This document shows positions 28,395-44,219 of a stretch of 64,000 bases of DNA, piece after piece; positions within the stretch are counted from its first letter, which is position 1, and every line of letters begins with the position of its first letter. The position numbers were made by a program, and so were the translations under genes. The notes beneath the pieces were generated by a model, which was not told the origin of the DNA, ran no database searches, and saw only the letters and a program-made list of their open reading frames with translations. The stretch is from Chrysomallon squamiferum (Eukaryota; Animalia; Mollusca), in contig CM022677.1 in assembly GCA_012295275.1 (NCBI GenBank), positions 19,096,001 through 19,160,000 on the forward strand, written 5' to 3'.

Positions 28395-30074
28395 CGTAGT
28401 AGTAGTAGTAGTAGTAGTAGCAGTAGTAGTAGTAGTAGTATAATAATAATAATAATAGTAATAATGATAATAATAATAATAATAATAATAATCATCATCA
28501 TCATCATAATAATAATAATAGTAATAATAGTAATAATAATAATAATAATAAATAAATAAATAAATAAATAAATAAACAAATAAACAAATAAAAGAAAACA
28601 AAATAAAACAGAAACTTTTTTTGTATTGAATTATCCATTACCTACCCTAACTCGACCTTTTGTAACAATTATTAATTCAAGAACACCGTTTAAAAGAGTG
28701 AGAGGAATTTACGATGGACAAAAGCATCTTACATCAAAATTACGCTATAGCACACTTTACAAACTAATGAACCCATTTAGCGAGTCGAGCCTAACGCTAG
28801 AACAATGCTAAAGCCTTACATAAGTTTAGAACATCTAACGAGAAACTGAACTATGGTTTAATAGTCTAAGAGAAAAATAGAAAATGTCATATTTATAATC
28901 TTGACAATATTGGAGATGAATATCGTTATATATTTGAATGTAATCATCCTGTATTATTATTATTATTTGCAAGTAAAAGGAAACCAGATAAAAAATATAT
29001 ATATATATATATATATATATGAGACATTCAAATATATTTTCTTATAATAATTTAATAGCAAAAATGCGTTTATATTAAAGAAATTATGAGAGATATACGT
29101 GAGAGAGTATGTCCTCTACGTTAAATTTCCATATGTGTGTTTTAATTTTGTTATTGTATATCTGTAATATATTCATCTTTATGCTCCTGTTTATGACAAT
29201 AATTCATTTGCCATTGCCTAACCATCTAGCAGGTTTCCCATAGTGCATCTCTCCCCGGTAAAGCTAAGTATTCACTAAGGAAATAAAGATATTATAATCT
29301 TTGGTAAGCAAATTTAATATATGTATATTGCTTACGAAATAAAGATAGCTTTGTCTATGTATGTATTGCTTACGAGAGATAATGACAATGTGAAAAAAAT
29401 AAAATAAAAATGACAGAATATAAACGAGTAAATTTTAATGTCTAGAAACTTGACAAAAGGATAGCGAACACGCGTATCTGCTTGCACTTTAGTACTGGAC
29501 ATAAACAGGTGGGGGTTAGCCGACCCCCTCCCCCCCAAGCGTTAACCACCCCTCCCATCCATTTCCTTAACTGTTTACACGTTGTCACCGAAAGTAAAAA
29601 TAACATCAATAAGAAAATCACATTGCTCGGAATGATCGAGTTATAAACCTGAATTAATCTTTGGTGATTAAAACGTCGCGTGCATTTCCTGGAGATGTCT
29701 CTGTTCTGTGCAAAACGGCAGAATCGATATTAATTATTAATTAATTAAAAAAAAAAAAAAAAATTATTAAACCGAGCTTATAATGATGAGCGTTTGAGAA
29801 TAAATAACGAGATTAATAATTGAATATATAAACTGTAAATGGTGGTAATCCAATGACAAAAAATAAAAAAAAAAAAAAAAAATGATGACAGTTATATGCT
29901 GTTAATTTTTCAGGCGTGTTGTTGACAGTGATTTCCTGATCTGTATTCATGACCGTTTTGACTAATAGGGGAAAAAAATTCAGGAAATAACTGAAAATTT
30001 TATGGCATTAGACAAATTGATTGGTGATTACAGGTTTATCGTGAAATGACGGACTGTTTAAGACATTATATGTA

Positions 30075-30201
<127 letters not shown>

Positions 30202-30367
30202 TAAATATATTTATATATATATAAATTAGCAACAAGAGTGATGATAGTAGTGATGATAATAATGATGATGATGATGACAACGATAATGATAGCAATAACA
30301 ACAACAGTAACATCGTCATCAAAAATAACAACAGCAGTGATAATGATTATGATGACGATAATGATGA

Positions 30368-30402
<35 letters not shown>

Positions 30403-30539
30403 ATTATTATCACTAACATTATCAACAACATTAGAACTAAATCATAACAGCAATCACGAAAACGATAACAACAACAACAACGACGACGACGAAACGACGA
30501 CGACAACAACACCGTTAACAAAAAGGCTTTCACAAATAC

Positions 30540-30591
30540 CTGTCAGATTAGAAGAATTCCAATCGGTCACAAATCCACCGTCGAAATCCAT
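30540..30591 (-). CDS. GPCR first coding exon (extracellular N-terminus MDFDGGFVTDWNSSNLT)
   Basis: ATG in AAAGATATGG context; two N-glycosylation sequons (NSS, NLT) typical of GPCR N-termini; donor CAG|GTATTT in phase 1, exactly matching exon 2. Confidence 0.75.
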
Positions 30592-30786
30592 ATCTTTAAT
30601 TTGTTTGTTACCACGACAACGACGACGACAACGCCTTTGATGTCTGCCTCTTTTCACCCACGACGACGCAGACGGAACAAACCAACGAACGTGGACAATG
30701 ACGTTGCTGTCGAGTAATTGCTTTATTATTAATTTTATTTTTTTTCTCTCTTGTAAATAGCCTTCCTCGTGTTTAGACGTACAATG

Positions 30787-30825
<39 letters not shown>

Positions 30826-31067
30826 GCAGGTGTTTTTTTTTTTTTCTGTGCTTAGAAATGTTCCGAGATTAAACCGCAATTTGTGAGGTATTTAAATTCT
30901 TCCCGTTGTAATTAAGCGGAAACTTATCAATTTTTTTTTTTTTTTTTCTAGAATTAACAGTTTTGAAACCCGGTGTTTAAGAAGAAAAAAAAAAATCGTT
31001 CGATAAGCATAGCGTAGCTTTCGTTCATTCGTTCGTTCGTTCCTTCGTTCGTTCGTTCGTTCTTCTT

Positions 31068-31098
<31 letters not shown>

Positions 31099-31329
31099 CT
31101 TCCTTCGTCTGTTATCGATTTGTTTGTTCTTTCTGTCTGTCTGTCACTGAACGTAATGCGAGTAACAGCGTGATGTGTGCGTATGTGCGTGTGTGCGTGT
31201 GCGTGTCTCGTTAAATCACGATTTGAAAAGATGAGAAATTTCGATTAAATGATGCATTATTCCAACAACAAAAAAAAGTATATATATATATATTTCGTCA
31301 TACACGAAAAAGTTAATATTCAAAATTTT

Positions 31330-31870
31330 ATATTCCAGACGTTTACTGTTCATGAAGTTCAGTATTCAGGAAATGTTCCAAAATTCATGAAATACCCTGC
31401 GGGTGAAGAATGTTTTTATTCCTGACAACGAATATTCAGAAAAGTCCAGTGTTTCTTGAAGTTCCAATATTCAGGAAATTTTAGTAATCGAGAAAGACCA
31501 GTATTCACGATGTTTCAATATTCAGGAAATTTTAGTAATCGAGAAAGACCAGTATTCACGATGTTTCAATATTCAGGAAATTTTGCAGTCGTGAAACACC
31601 AATATTCATGAAGTTCCAGGAATCAGGAAATTCTCGTAGTCGTGAAAGAACATTATTTATAAAAGTCTGTTATTCACGAACTGTCTAATATTCAGGAATA
31701 TGCATTATTAATAAATTAAAAATTCTGTATTCTAGAAAGTCCAATTCTATATTCTAGAATATTCCAATTATCCAAGGAAAGTCCAGATCTCACAAAATCC
31801 TAATTACAAGAAAACACCTTATTCCACAAATATTCAAATTTCATGAAAGTCCAATAGTCATGAAATTTCA
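31330..31870. repeat. Degenerate ~16-17-bp-period satellite (with a 50-bp higher-order duplication at 31465-31583) rich in TTCnnGAA
   Basis: About 13 TTCnnGAA cores counted by eye; CAATATTCAGGAAATTTTAGTAATCGAGAAAGACCAGTATTCACGATGTTT repeated twice. Confidence 0.8.
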
Positions 31871-32051
31871 ATTGAGAAGTATTCAGTTTCCTTTTTACTT
31901 CCTGAGAAAACAACAGTCACGAAACAAATGTATTACTGTAACTGTTATCATTGTGGTTGTAGTCGCAGTAGATGTAGTTGCAGAAGTTGTCCTTCCTGTC
32001 ACCGTCTACTACAGAACCAATCTTCTAATTTTCTTTTTAAAAAAATTATCG

Positions 32052-32098
<47 letters not shown>

Positions 32099-34154
32099 GT
32101 GATCAAAACGAAAAATTCTTCTGTATGGAGTAAAAACAATAAAAAGATCTCTCACCACACTTAATTTTCCTGCTCTCACGTCAGATTTCCTAAACGTAGG
32201 TCAAACGATAATTGTATTTAAAAATTAACTAAGCACTTCGCCTTTTCCTGACCTTGATTTGTGGCATTCCACGTTGTTTTTTTGCAGTCCTCGATATTAA
32301 TTTTCTTTTCTTTTCTTCCTTTTTTTTTTTTTTTTTTTTTTAGTTCATCCATTACGTCACATCTGGTTTTCACGAAACACTTTTCAAAGTCTGATACTAC
32401 TATCCAAAAAGTACGTCCGTTAAATTGACGTCCGGTCTTAAAAAAAAAAAAAAAAAAAAAAAAGAGAGAAAGAAAAAAGAAAAGAAAAAAAAAAGAAAAA
32501 AAAAAAAAGACGTTTAATGAGTTTTTGATACTTCTGACCGAAAAACACGTCAAAAGTCGCACCTTTTTAACCGATTTTTTTTGACACTTGAAATGCTTGA
32601 TGCTATTATCTAAAAAGTAGCTTCAAGTAAGCGAACTTTTTTTTTGTTGAGACTCGATGGTATTTTCCAAAAAGTACTTCCAGTGATACAGTTCGTGCGG
32701 TCGTTTGACAGCAATATATATAGTTTTCCTAACAGAACGTCTAATGATAGAATGTTTTCTTTTGCCGTCGTTTGACACGTGTACAACGTTGTCCAAACAG
32801 TACATCTAGTATCCGACGACGTTTTTTTCGTCCTCTGAGTTCGACGTGTACAGAACGACTGTCGACTGCAGGGTTTTTTTTTTTTTGTTGTCGACAAGAA
32901 TATATGAGATTATTGATTTTACAGGAGCTCTTGCATGTTGCAACTATTAGTGTTTCTTAATGAAGAAATTTGAATATTAGAGAAACAGTATGCATTACAA
33001 TATAATAATGGTAGTTGTTGTAGCAGCAGTAGAAATAGTAGTAGTAGTAGTAGTAGTAGTAGTATAAGCAGTTTGTTTGTTCGTTCGTTCGTTCGTTCGT
33101 TCATTTATTTACTAGTTTTTTTTTTGTTTTTTTTTTTTTTTCTTTTAAAATAGTAGGGAGATCTTTATTTATTTCATTTTATTTTATTTTATTTTATTTT
33201 ATTTTATTTTTATTTTTATTTTTATTTATTTATTTATTTTATTTATTTATTTTATTTTATTTATTTATTTCTACTGTTTCTTCTTTTTCTTTATCTTACT
33301 TTCTTTTCTTTTCTTTTTCTTCTTCTTCTTCTTCTTCTTCTTCTTCTTCTTCTTCTTCTTCTGTTTCTTGTCTTTTTTCTTCATCATTTTTTTCTTCTTT
33401 TTTTTTCTTAATTTTCGTTTTTTTTTTGTCATCAATATTATCTTTTACCTTTCTCCGTTTTTACTTCCAGTTCCTGTGTTCTCTCTTTTGTTTTCTAAAC
33501 TTCTTTCTTTTCTTTATTTATTTTTCTTAAATTCCTCTTCGTTTCTTCCTCTATTTTTTGTTTCTTTCTTTCTTTCCGGATCTTATTTTTTTTTTTTTTT
33601 TTTTTTTTTCATTTTTTCATTTTTCCATTTGGTTTTGTTTCTTTTCTCTTCTTTTATATTTTGTTTTCCTTCTTTCTTTTTTCTTTCGTTTCTTTTCTTA
33701 TTTTTTTCTTTATTATTTACTTACTTTTCTTTCTTTCTTTCTTTCTTTCTTCCTTGTTATTTCTTTCTTTCTTTCTTTCTTACCATATTAAGTCTTTTTC
33801 TTTTTTTAACCTTCTTTCTTTTTCTTTTTTTTTACTATTTTTTTTTTTTTTTTTTCCTTTCTTTTTTAATTTTTCCTTTCTTTTTTCTTCTCATTTCATC
33901 CATTTTTCTTTTCTTTTTTTTCGTCTTTATTTCTTTCTTTAACTTAATTTTCTTTCGTTTTGTATGTTTCTTTCTGCCTAAATTCATGTTTTCTTACTTT
34001 CTTTATTTTTCTTATTTTTTTTTTTTTCATTCTTTCATTCATTCTTTCTTTGTTTAATCATTTTTTTTCTTATAATCTTTTTTTCTTCTTATTTTTTGAA
34101 ATTAATTTTCATTTATTTTCCTTTTCTCCCTATTTCTCTTATTTCCTGTTTTAC

Positions 34155-34198
<44 letters not shown>

Positions 34199-34599
34199 CG
34201 TTATTTAAACAAATAAAGAAAGAAACTTATTAACGTTAAACTCTGCTGGGAATTCCAAAGAAAGCAAAACCTGATGCTAAAAATAGATTTAAATTAATCA
34301 GAGTTATCTTTCCTATCCAAACAGTTCGCGACCGTGAAATATAATTAAAAAAAACCTAAATGGATTGGATGCGGTAATAAAAAAAAATATGAAGAAATAA
34401 TTTATCTTCACTCCTTCGAGTTATTTTAATTATTTTTATTTGGATTTTTTTTTTTCTATTGGACTTAATGTTTAATTTTTATTTTCTATGCTATTTTTTA
34501 TTTTGGATTTTTTTATTTTTTTTTTTTTGAAACTATTTTGGAATAGAGCAAATATTGCAGCCACTGCAGTTATTGGCATAACTGGTAAACGTAATAAAG

Positions 34600-35595
34600 A
34601 ACCAGAAGTAGTAGCAGTAGTAGAAGATGTAGTAGTAGTGGTTGCACGAGCAGTGGTAGCAACAGTAGTAGTAGTCGAGTAATAACAGTAGTATTAGTAA
34701 AAGTAGAAGTAGCAGTAGAAACAGTAGTAGTAGTAGTAGTAACAAACAGTAAGAATTGTAGCAGTAGCAGTAGTAGTTGTAGTAGTAACAACAGCAGTAG
34801 CAGTAGAAATAGTAGTAGTTGCATTAACTGTAGCAGTAGTAGGACCGGTAGTATACTAATATTACAGCTACTACTACTACTACTGTTACTACTACTACTA
34901 CTACTATTAATAATAATAAGCCTAATTGGTATAAGTAATAAAGAAGCAGCAGTAGTAGTACTAGTTGAAGTAGTAGTAGTAGTGGTTGCACTAGCAGTAG
35001 TAGTAGTAGTAGTAGTAGAACTAGTAGAAGTAGTAGTAGTAGAAGTAGTAGTAGTAGTAGTGGTTGCACTAGCAGTAGTAGTAGTAGTAGTAGAACTAGT
35101 AGAAGTAGTAGTAGTAGAAGTAGTAGTAGTAGTGGTTGCACTACTAGTAGTAGTAGTTGTTGTTGTTGTTGTTGTAGTAGTACTAGTAGAAGTAGTAGTA
35201 GTAGTTGCACTAGTAGTGGTAGGTAGCAACATTAGTAATAGTAGTAGTAGTAGTAGTAGTAATTGTAAAAGTAGCACTGCTAATTGTTGTGACAAAAAAG
35301 AACCTGTCATATTTTTCCTGATGTTTGTAAGATTTCATTCCGGAATATAAAAAATAAAACCCTGTCAAACAAGAAGCGCTGCTGATATTAAACACGATCT
35401 TTTTTTTTTTTTTCCACTAAAAGAACGATGCGATTGCCCACAGCTGTTTGCTGCGTTTTCCGATGGTTTGTTTGCCGTCGTCCACGGTGTTTTTCAACGG
35501 CACCAAGGAGATCGATTTGTTATAGACTGTGCCGATTTGTTAAAAAAAAAAAAAAAAAAAAATCGGAGAATCCCTCAGAATTCATAGAAAATGAG

Positions 35596-35631
<36 letters not shown>

Positions 35632-36345
35632 TAAAAATAAGTCAAACAAAAAATAGCCGTTGTGAAATTGCCAGGAACCAGGAAGAATATAAATATGTAT
35701 TTTCGTTTGTCGAAAGAAATTGGACAGAGAATAAATGAAATAGTCAATCGATCGGAAATTATGTAAATGCGGACAGTTATAACGCAGACACACAGACGCA
35801 TGCACGGACACTCTGCCGAGTTCGTCTACGACAACGACAAAAACGTATTACTGCAGCTACTACTACTGTTACCACTACTAATACTACTAATTCTATTTCT
35901 ACTGTTACTACTACTACTGATGCTGATGCTGTTGTTGTTGTTGCTGTTGTTGTTGTTGTTGTTGTACTACTACTACTGATGTCACTATAAACATTAATAT
36001 TACTACTACTGTTACTACTATTACTATTACTACTGTTACTATTACTACTGCTACCACTTCAGCTACTACTACTACTGCTGCTATTACAACTATTACTACT
36101 GCTGCTACTACTACTATTACTAGTCCTATACTACTACTACTACTACTATTTCTGCTACTACTACTAAGACTACTATTACTACTACTACTACTGCTACTAC
36201 TACTGCTATTACTACTATTACTACTACTATTACTACTACTACTACTACTACTGTTACTACTACTACTACTATTACTACTACTGTTACTACTATTACTACT
36301 ACTACCACTACTGTTACTACTATTACTACTACTACTACTACTATA
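34600..36345. repeat. (GTA)n block (34600-35260) and (CTA)n block (35850-36345) flanking a unique core
   Basis: Direct reading; the two blocks are reverse complements of each other. Confidence 0.85.
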
Positions 36346-37343
36346 CTATTTATCTCAGTTTATGTGAGCAGAAAAAAAAAAAAAAAAAAAAACAACAATT
36401 TAATGACAACAGGTGTACCGGAAATAAAGAGATATGTCTTCCATTGTTTTTTTCGACAGAGAGAAACTTCCGGAAAACTGGTCGCTTAGGTTGTTGATCA
36501 AATTAATCAAACTCAGGGCTTATCATCATTATCATTATCACCATCATCATCATCATCATTATCATTCTTGTTGATGCAGTAGTCGTTATTTGTGTTGTTG
36601 TTGTTGTTGCTGTTATCATTATTATTATTGTTGTATTTATTTTCTTTTTTTCTTTTGTTGTTTTATTTATCTCTTCTTTTTTCTTTTTTCTTTCTTTCTT
36701 TCTTTTTTCTTTCTTTCTTTTTTCTTTCTTTCATATTTATTTATTTTTGTAAACACACATAATAACACTAATATTGCATATATATAAAGATCAACATTTT
36801 AGAAACAAAGAAAAATAATGCAAGAACAAAGAAGGAAATAGAAAATAACGAAGAAAGAAAATAAACAAATAAACCAACACCTAGATATTCCTAAATATTT
36901 TTTTTTTTTAACTCATTTTTCATTTTTTTAACTTCAAAAATGTTTTTTTTTAAACAAATACTTTTCTTCAATTAATTAATTTCAAAATTTCTTTCTTTAT
37001 TTATTTTTCTTTATTTTTTTTCCCCGAATTGTTATTATTATTTTTGCTTTTTTTTTTTTTTTTTTTTAATTGCTGCATATTCACGTGTTGCTGTTGCCCG
37101 GTTGATAAATCATTTTGATCCGGGCCTCCGGATTCGCAATCAGTCCAAGGTTAATAATCCATGTGACCTTTTGTTACTTAAGCTTTCTTTAAAATCTGTT
37201 TTTTTTTTCATTCTTCGATATTCTTTACTAAAAGCCATCATTAGGAAAATATCACTGTAGCATTATTATTGACATGATGTTAGTAGTAATAATAGTAACA
37301 GTAATAACAATAATAGCAGTAGAAGTAGTAGTATGATATAACC

Positions 37344-37391
<48 letters not shown>

Positions 37392-37443
37392 ATAGTAGTA
37401 GTAGTAGTAGTAATAAAATAATAGCAGTAGTAGTAGTAGTACT

Positions 37444-37474
<31 letters not shown>

Positions 37475-37946
37475 CAGTAGTAGTAGCAGTAGTATATATC
37501 GTTGTTTTTTTCCTTCTATTATCCATGTTTTTTAAGTTAATTTTATTTTATTCTATTTTATTTATTAATTTAATCATCATCATCATCATTACCACTACTA
37601 CTACTATTTACTACTACTACAACTATCAATATGACTATCATTATCATTATCGTTATTACTATTATAATTATTGTTATCAAGCGAAGACGTTTAAAATTAC
37701 GACAAGTTAAAACTCGTACCATTATTGCAAAGCTTTCAGCGACCGCCTCCAGAACAATTTCTGATTTTTTTCTTCCTGGGCAGAAATCTCCGACCACGTG
37801 AAGCAGGCAAGCAATTCTCCGATTAAAAACATCCTTGAAAAAAATTGAAAAAAAAAAAAAAAAAAAAATTATACTCGAATCCATTAGGAACCCAGACTAG
37901 TCTGCCTTGGGCATAAGTGTTTCACTTTGAACAGCAGTCTGCGGAA

Positions 37947-38056
<110 letters not shown>

Positions 38057-38104
38057 GAGTTCAAGGTTATGTGATGGAAACACACACACAACACACACAC
38101 ACAG

Positions 38105-38345
38105 ACATACATACAAACATACAGACACATCTAAGGCTATCTGCTATTTAAACATCGTAGAAACCCGTTTATTAAAATAAATAGTGTTTGTGTGTGTGTC
38201 TTTTTAGCATGCATCATGTGAAATAACATCATACAAACACACACACACACACATACATACATACAGACACATCTAAAGCTATATGCTATTTAAACATCGT
38301 AGAAACCGTTTATTAAAATAAATAGTTTTTGTGTGTGTGTCTTTT
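38105..38345. repeat. Local tandem duplication of ~100 bp (period ~140 bp)
   Basis: CATACAGACACATCTAARGCTATMTGCTATTTAAACATCGTAGAAACC...TTTATTAAAATAAATAGT present twice (~38118 and ~38260). Confidence 0.88.
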
Positions 38346-39288
38346 ACTGGGTGAATCTATCTTTCTGTATATACCTATTTATGTATGTGTATGTGTGTGT
38401 ATGTGTTTGTGTGTGTATGTATTTATGTATGTGAATGTGTGTGTGTATACACACACACAAACACGCACATAGGTACGTAGGTAGATACATCTATGTATTT
38501 AAATATCTATATATCTAAATCTATATATCTATATATATATGTATACACACATACGCACACACAAATGCATACACATACATACATACATATATATCTGTAT
38601 GTTTGTGTGTATGTATGTATGTATGAATGCATTTATGTATGTATCTATATATGTATGTAAGTATGTATGTATCTGTTGTGTGTCTGTCTATCTCTGTATA
38701 TCTACGTTTCTGCGTAAACATAGCATTCGTAAACTTACTGTCTACTTACTTATCTACACATCTGTCCTTCCACTTACTTACCTTCAACGCACGTGTTCAG
38801 CCTCTCTCCATTGTTTTAATATACAACATCATTTATTATTTAGAACAATCGTGTCACCTACTTCTTCTACCTCCCCCTCAAATTTCCTATGCCATCTAAT
38901 GTGCTCACCTGTTTTACTCTGTTTCAATTCCTTTTCACAGTCTTAAGATTCGGAGTAAGTTCATTTATAATTTATAGCTGCTGCCTGACATTTTTTTTTG
39001 TTTGTCCATCTCTTTATCCTTCAGTCTATCCATCCATTCATTCATTCATTTATTCATTCATTCATCCGTCCGTCCATTCTTCCATCAGTCTGTTTATTTC
39101 TCTGTACATCCACTGTCTGGGTGACTGTCTATCTCACAGTCTATTTCGTCTGTCGGCCCGTTTGTCTGTCTGTCTGTCCGTCTGTACGTTCATACACACG
39201 TAATCCTTTGTCTTTTTATCTAATTGTCCTTCCGTTTTTCCATCTATCCGTTTATATATATATATATATATCTCTCCCTCTCTCTCTT

Positions 39289-39443
<155 letters not shown>

Positions 39444-40007
39444 ATACAGATATGTATGTGCGTGTGTCACGTGTGTTTGTGTGTGTGTGTGTGTGTCTGT
39501 GTGTGTGTTTATATATATCCATCAATTTGTCAAGCTGTTTTTTTTTTTTTTTTGTCTGTCTCTGTTCTTTTAACACAATTGTTATCAGAATACTTCTCTC
39601 TCTATCAATTCCTTCCAATTGCTTAACACGTCGACAAAGTACCCAGACATTTATTATATTAACGAGAAAACGTGTGACGTCAATTAAATTAGTCTGACGT
39701 CTGCGTCTTTTTTTTTCTTTACTTCGTCATCACACTGACGTCATTTTTCTGCTACAGTCCGCGTTAAGGTCTCACACCACATTTGTTTTTTCTCTTTGTT
39801 TTTTTCCTTCTTTTTTTTTTTTTTTTTTTTTTTTTTCTCGTCGACAATGTGATTAAATTATTTGTTCGTTTTTAGTTGACATTAACTTTCTGGAGATGTC
39901 ATTTGGCCTGTCTGGGGACAAATATATATTTAAAAAAAAAAAAAAAAATAAAATAAAATAAAATAAAATAAAATAAAATAAAATAAAATAAATAAATAAA
40001 TAAATAA

Positions 40008-40051
<44 letters not shown>

Positions 40052-40275
40052 AAACAAAATGTCAGAAGAAAATATTGATTTGCTCGATCTTCGGTTTGTG
40101 TTACGTCGTTATATGTGCATGTTCAATAATAATAATAATGATGATGATGACAATGGCAAATGACAGTGGGTTTGTTATATGTGTATTTTTGTATAAATTG
40201 GTGCATATATATATGTGTGCGTGTGTGCGTGTGTGTGTGTGTGTTTATATATATATATGTGTGTGTGTGTGTGTA

Positions 40276-40314
<39 letters not shown>

Positions 40315-40735
40315 CCATAGTTTATGTATGTTCCTGTGTGTGTATGCATTTCTTTGCTGTATGTATGCAATAAATAAATAAATAATAAGAAGAAGAAGAG
40401 AAAGAAAGAATTTTGTGTTTTAATCGAAAAGGCAGACGTCATCGAACTTTAGAAATTATTCGTCTTCATAAACAAAAACAAACAAACAAAAACAAGGTAA
40501 TAATATAAAAATATTATTGTTGTTGTCGTTGTTGTTGTTGATACAACTACTATTACTACTACTGGTATTTCCATTGTTATTTTTGTGTATGTGTGTGGTT
40601 TTATTTTAGATATACCACTACTACTACTACTAATGCCACTACAGTAACTGCTACTACCATTTATTTATTTATTTGTATATTTGTTTGTTTGTATAGTTAT
40701 TTAGTTATTTAATTAGTTCTATTACTTATTACTTA

Positions 40736-40769
<34 letters not shown>

Positions 40770-40865
40770 GGTGGTGGTGTTTTTTGTGGGATTTTGTTTT
40801 TTGTTTTTTTTTGTGTTGTACTTATAATAAATCCATCCACAAGTCTACATATACACGACAGATAC

Positions 40866-40924
<59 letters not shown>

Positions 40925-41234
40925 CTGCACGAGCTTTACAGAAATCCCGGATTATCGCTAGCAGACGAACAAAATTCAAAAATGGCAACTGAAAACACCA
41001 AAAGGAAATCTGCCCATCGACATTTTCCGTTCTCTAATGCATCAAATAATTCTTTCAAATGTCACGTGATTCCACTCTAAGAATTTTCTCTACTGTCTGC
41101 TTATTAAACATAATGATGTCTTCTTGTCATTCTGAAGAGACAAATGTGTTTTTCGTTCTAAAAGCCTGGTAACTATTAATAAAATATTTCACTGCAGTTC
41201 ATGTCTTAATACAATAGCGGATCTAAAAGTAAAG

Positions 41235-41359
<125 letters not shown>

Positions 41360-41450
41360 CTCTCCCTGTCTCTCTCTCTGTCTGTCTCTCTATCTGTCTG
41401 TCTCTCTCTGTCTCTCTCTGTCTCTCTCTCTATGTCTCTCTCACACTCTC

Positions 41451-41557
<107 letters not shown>

Positions 41558-41719
41558 ATAAATTTAGTTTTAATAACTCTCATTTTATTTGATAAATATT
41601 TCGATTTTATTTGTATTTTTAAACATCTGTCCTCCTCTGTCTATCAGTCCGTCTGTATGTCTTTCTATCTATCTATCTATATCCACATATATATTTACAC
41701 ACAGACACACACATATATA

Positions 41720-41769
<50 letters not shown>

Positions 41770-42139
41770 CATAGATAGATAGATAACTAGATAGATAGAT
41801 ATATGTTGTTATACATCTATGCTGTAAAATAGTTATGCGTGCTTGGGTGTGTGTGTGTGTCTGTCTGTTTGTATAACAATCAAAAGACAAAAGCTTACCG
41901 TCCAAAGTGCAGAATAAAATATATTAATATCGTTATCGTTCACAAAGTAAAACATATTTTCAAGGTAACATTTTCCACCCATTTCTAGATAACTCTGTTT
42001 ATTTTATTAACATGTTCTGCCCAAGAGTTATCTACCATTATTAGCAGTTTGTATCGTCATTGTTGTTGTAGTAGTAGCAGCAGGAGCAGTAGTGGTAGTA
42101 GTGGTGGTAGTAGTAGTAGTAGTAGTCGTAGTAGTAGTC

Positions 42140-42183
<44 letters not shown>

Positions 42184-42412
42184 GGTTGTGGTAGTAATAG
42201 TAGTAATATAATTATTAGTTTCATTGTTGTTGTTATAACTGTTATTTATTTGTACTGTTGTTGTTGTTGCTGTTGCTAGTATCATCATCGTCGTCGTTTG
42301 GACAATTCATAAACATTATTGCTTTTAAGTTTCTTTCCTTCTTTCATCCATTCTTTCATTCTTTCTTTCTTTCCTTTTAATTTGTTCTACCTAACCATTT
42401 GTCTATTAATCA

Positions 42413-42451
<39 letters not shown>

Positions 42452-43994
42452 ATATATCAAGTAAAACAGATAATTCTTAAGTTTGTGATAGTAGAAATAT
42501 AATTCTTTATTTTCTTCAACAAAATAAACAAGTATGAAAATAAATACATTAATAATAATAATAATAATAGAAGTAGTAGCAGTAGTAGTTACATGAGTAG
42601 TATTAATTGTAAGCAATAACAAAATGATGAAAACGAAAAAAAAAAAAAATAATAATAAAAAAAAAATAATAAAAAAAATAAATAAATATAAGCAGACGAT
42701 ATTAGCAGTTCTGAATAATAATTATTTTATTCCAGCAGTTGGTGCATAATAAAAACATATATACAAAATTAATAATTTGTGCGATAGGGATAAGTAAACC
42801 TAAATAAATTTAATATCCGCTTCAAATGATTGTTTTGTTTGTTAATTGCAACCTATTCTTTGCTGATAATAAAGCACGATTACGTAAGAAAGGTCGTAAA
42901 GTTCTTCCTTGTTTATGACGTCACATAGTGACTACTGGCAACAGAAAAAGATAATAATTATTAATATACTTTATTTATTTAGCGTTTCTTTTTATTTTTA
43001 TTTTCGATTTTTTTGATTTTTTTAATGATTTTAAATAATTTATTCATTATTGTTATTATAATCAGCATTATCGTTAATATTTAATAATATTTATTTTTAT
43101 TGATGAAAAACACCAACATTATATTGTTATGGTATTGTTGTAATTTATATAAAACAAAACAAAATGAATAAATATTTAAAACATGAGGAAAAAAAGTAAA
43201 AAAAAAAATAAATAAATAATAAAAATAATTAAGTAAATAATAATCATAATAATAATAAATAAATAAATAAATGAAATAAAATAAATAAATTGAAACGAAA
43301 CGAAATAAAATGAAATAAATAACATATGAACGTAATAATGGAAGCCGAGTATAAACCCACTCGGGTAACTAGGCAACACTGGTTGCCATAGATACGTTAC
43401 TATGACAGCATAAGCAACAGAAAGATGACCAAAATCTCAAGCTCAGAATTAATTATAATACCAGGTTAACATATAATAAAACGTTATAGAAAATACATCA
43501 CTGTAACTATATATATATATATATATAAAAATTAAAAAATCAACAGCTTTTAATGATATACATGTTCAAACCATAACAATAACAATTTAAACATATTTAT
43601 TGCAACAATCAAATTAAGGCGACTTATGAATAGATTATACAAAAAAATAAAAATAAAATCAACATTCTGTTTTATATACATCAGTTTTATTGCATCAGTT
43701 AGTGGTAACGGATGGATGAATAACAACAAATTATTTTATTTACAATTTCCCGTTCCAACATTCACGGGGTTATGGATGTCGATTGCTTAGTTTAAATCGT
43801 CAGTAACTCTATTTAATGAATGGTCATGTTTTTAATTATGGATGATGGGAGGATGGGAATAAGGTTAAACTGTGAAAGCTTCTTTATATATATATATATA
43901 TATATATATTTCTATATTAATTCCATTTTAAAATAATCTTTACGTTAATAAATGGGATTATTATCTTTGTCATTATAATTATCATCATCATCAC

Positions 43995-44048
<54 letters not shown>

Positions 44049-44181
44049 TACTACTTCTACTACTATTATTACTATTACTATTATTATTACTGTTATTATT
44101 ATTATTACTATTATCATTACTTTTATTATTACTATTGTTATTATTGTTATTATTATTATGATTATGATTATGATTATTATG

Positions 44182-44219
<38 letters not shown>

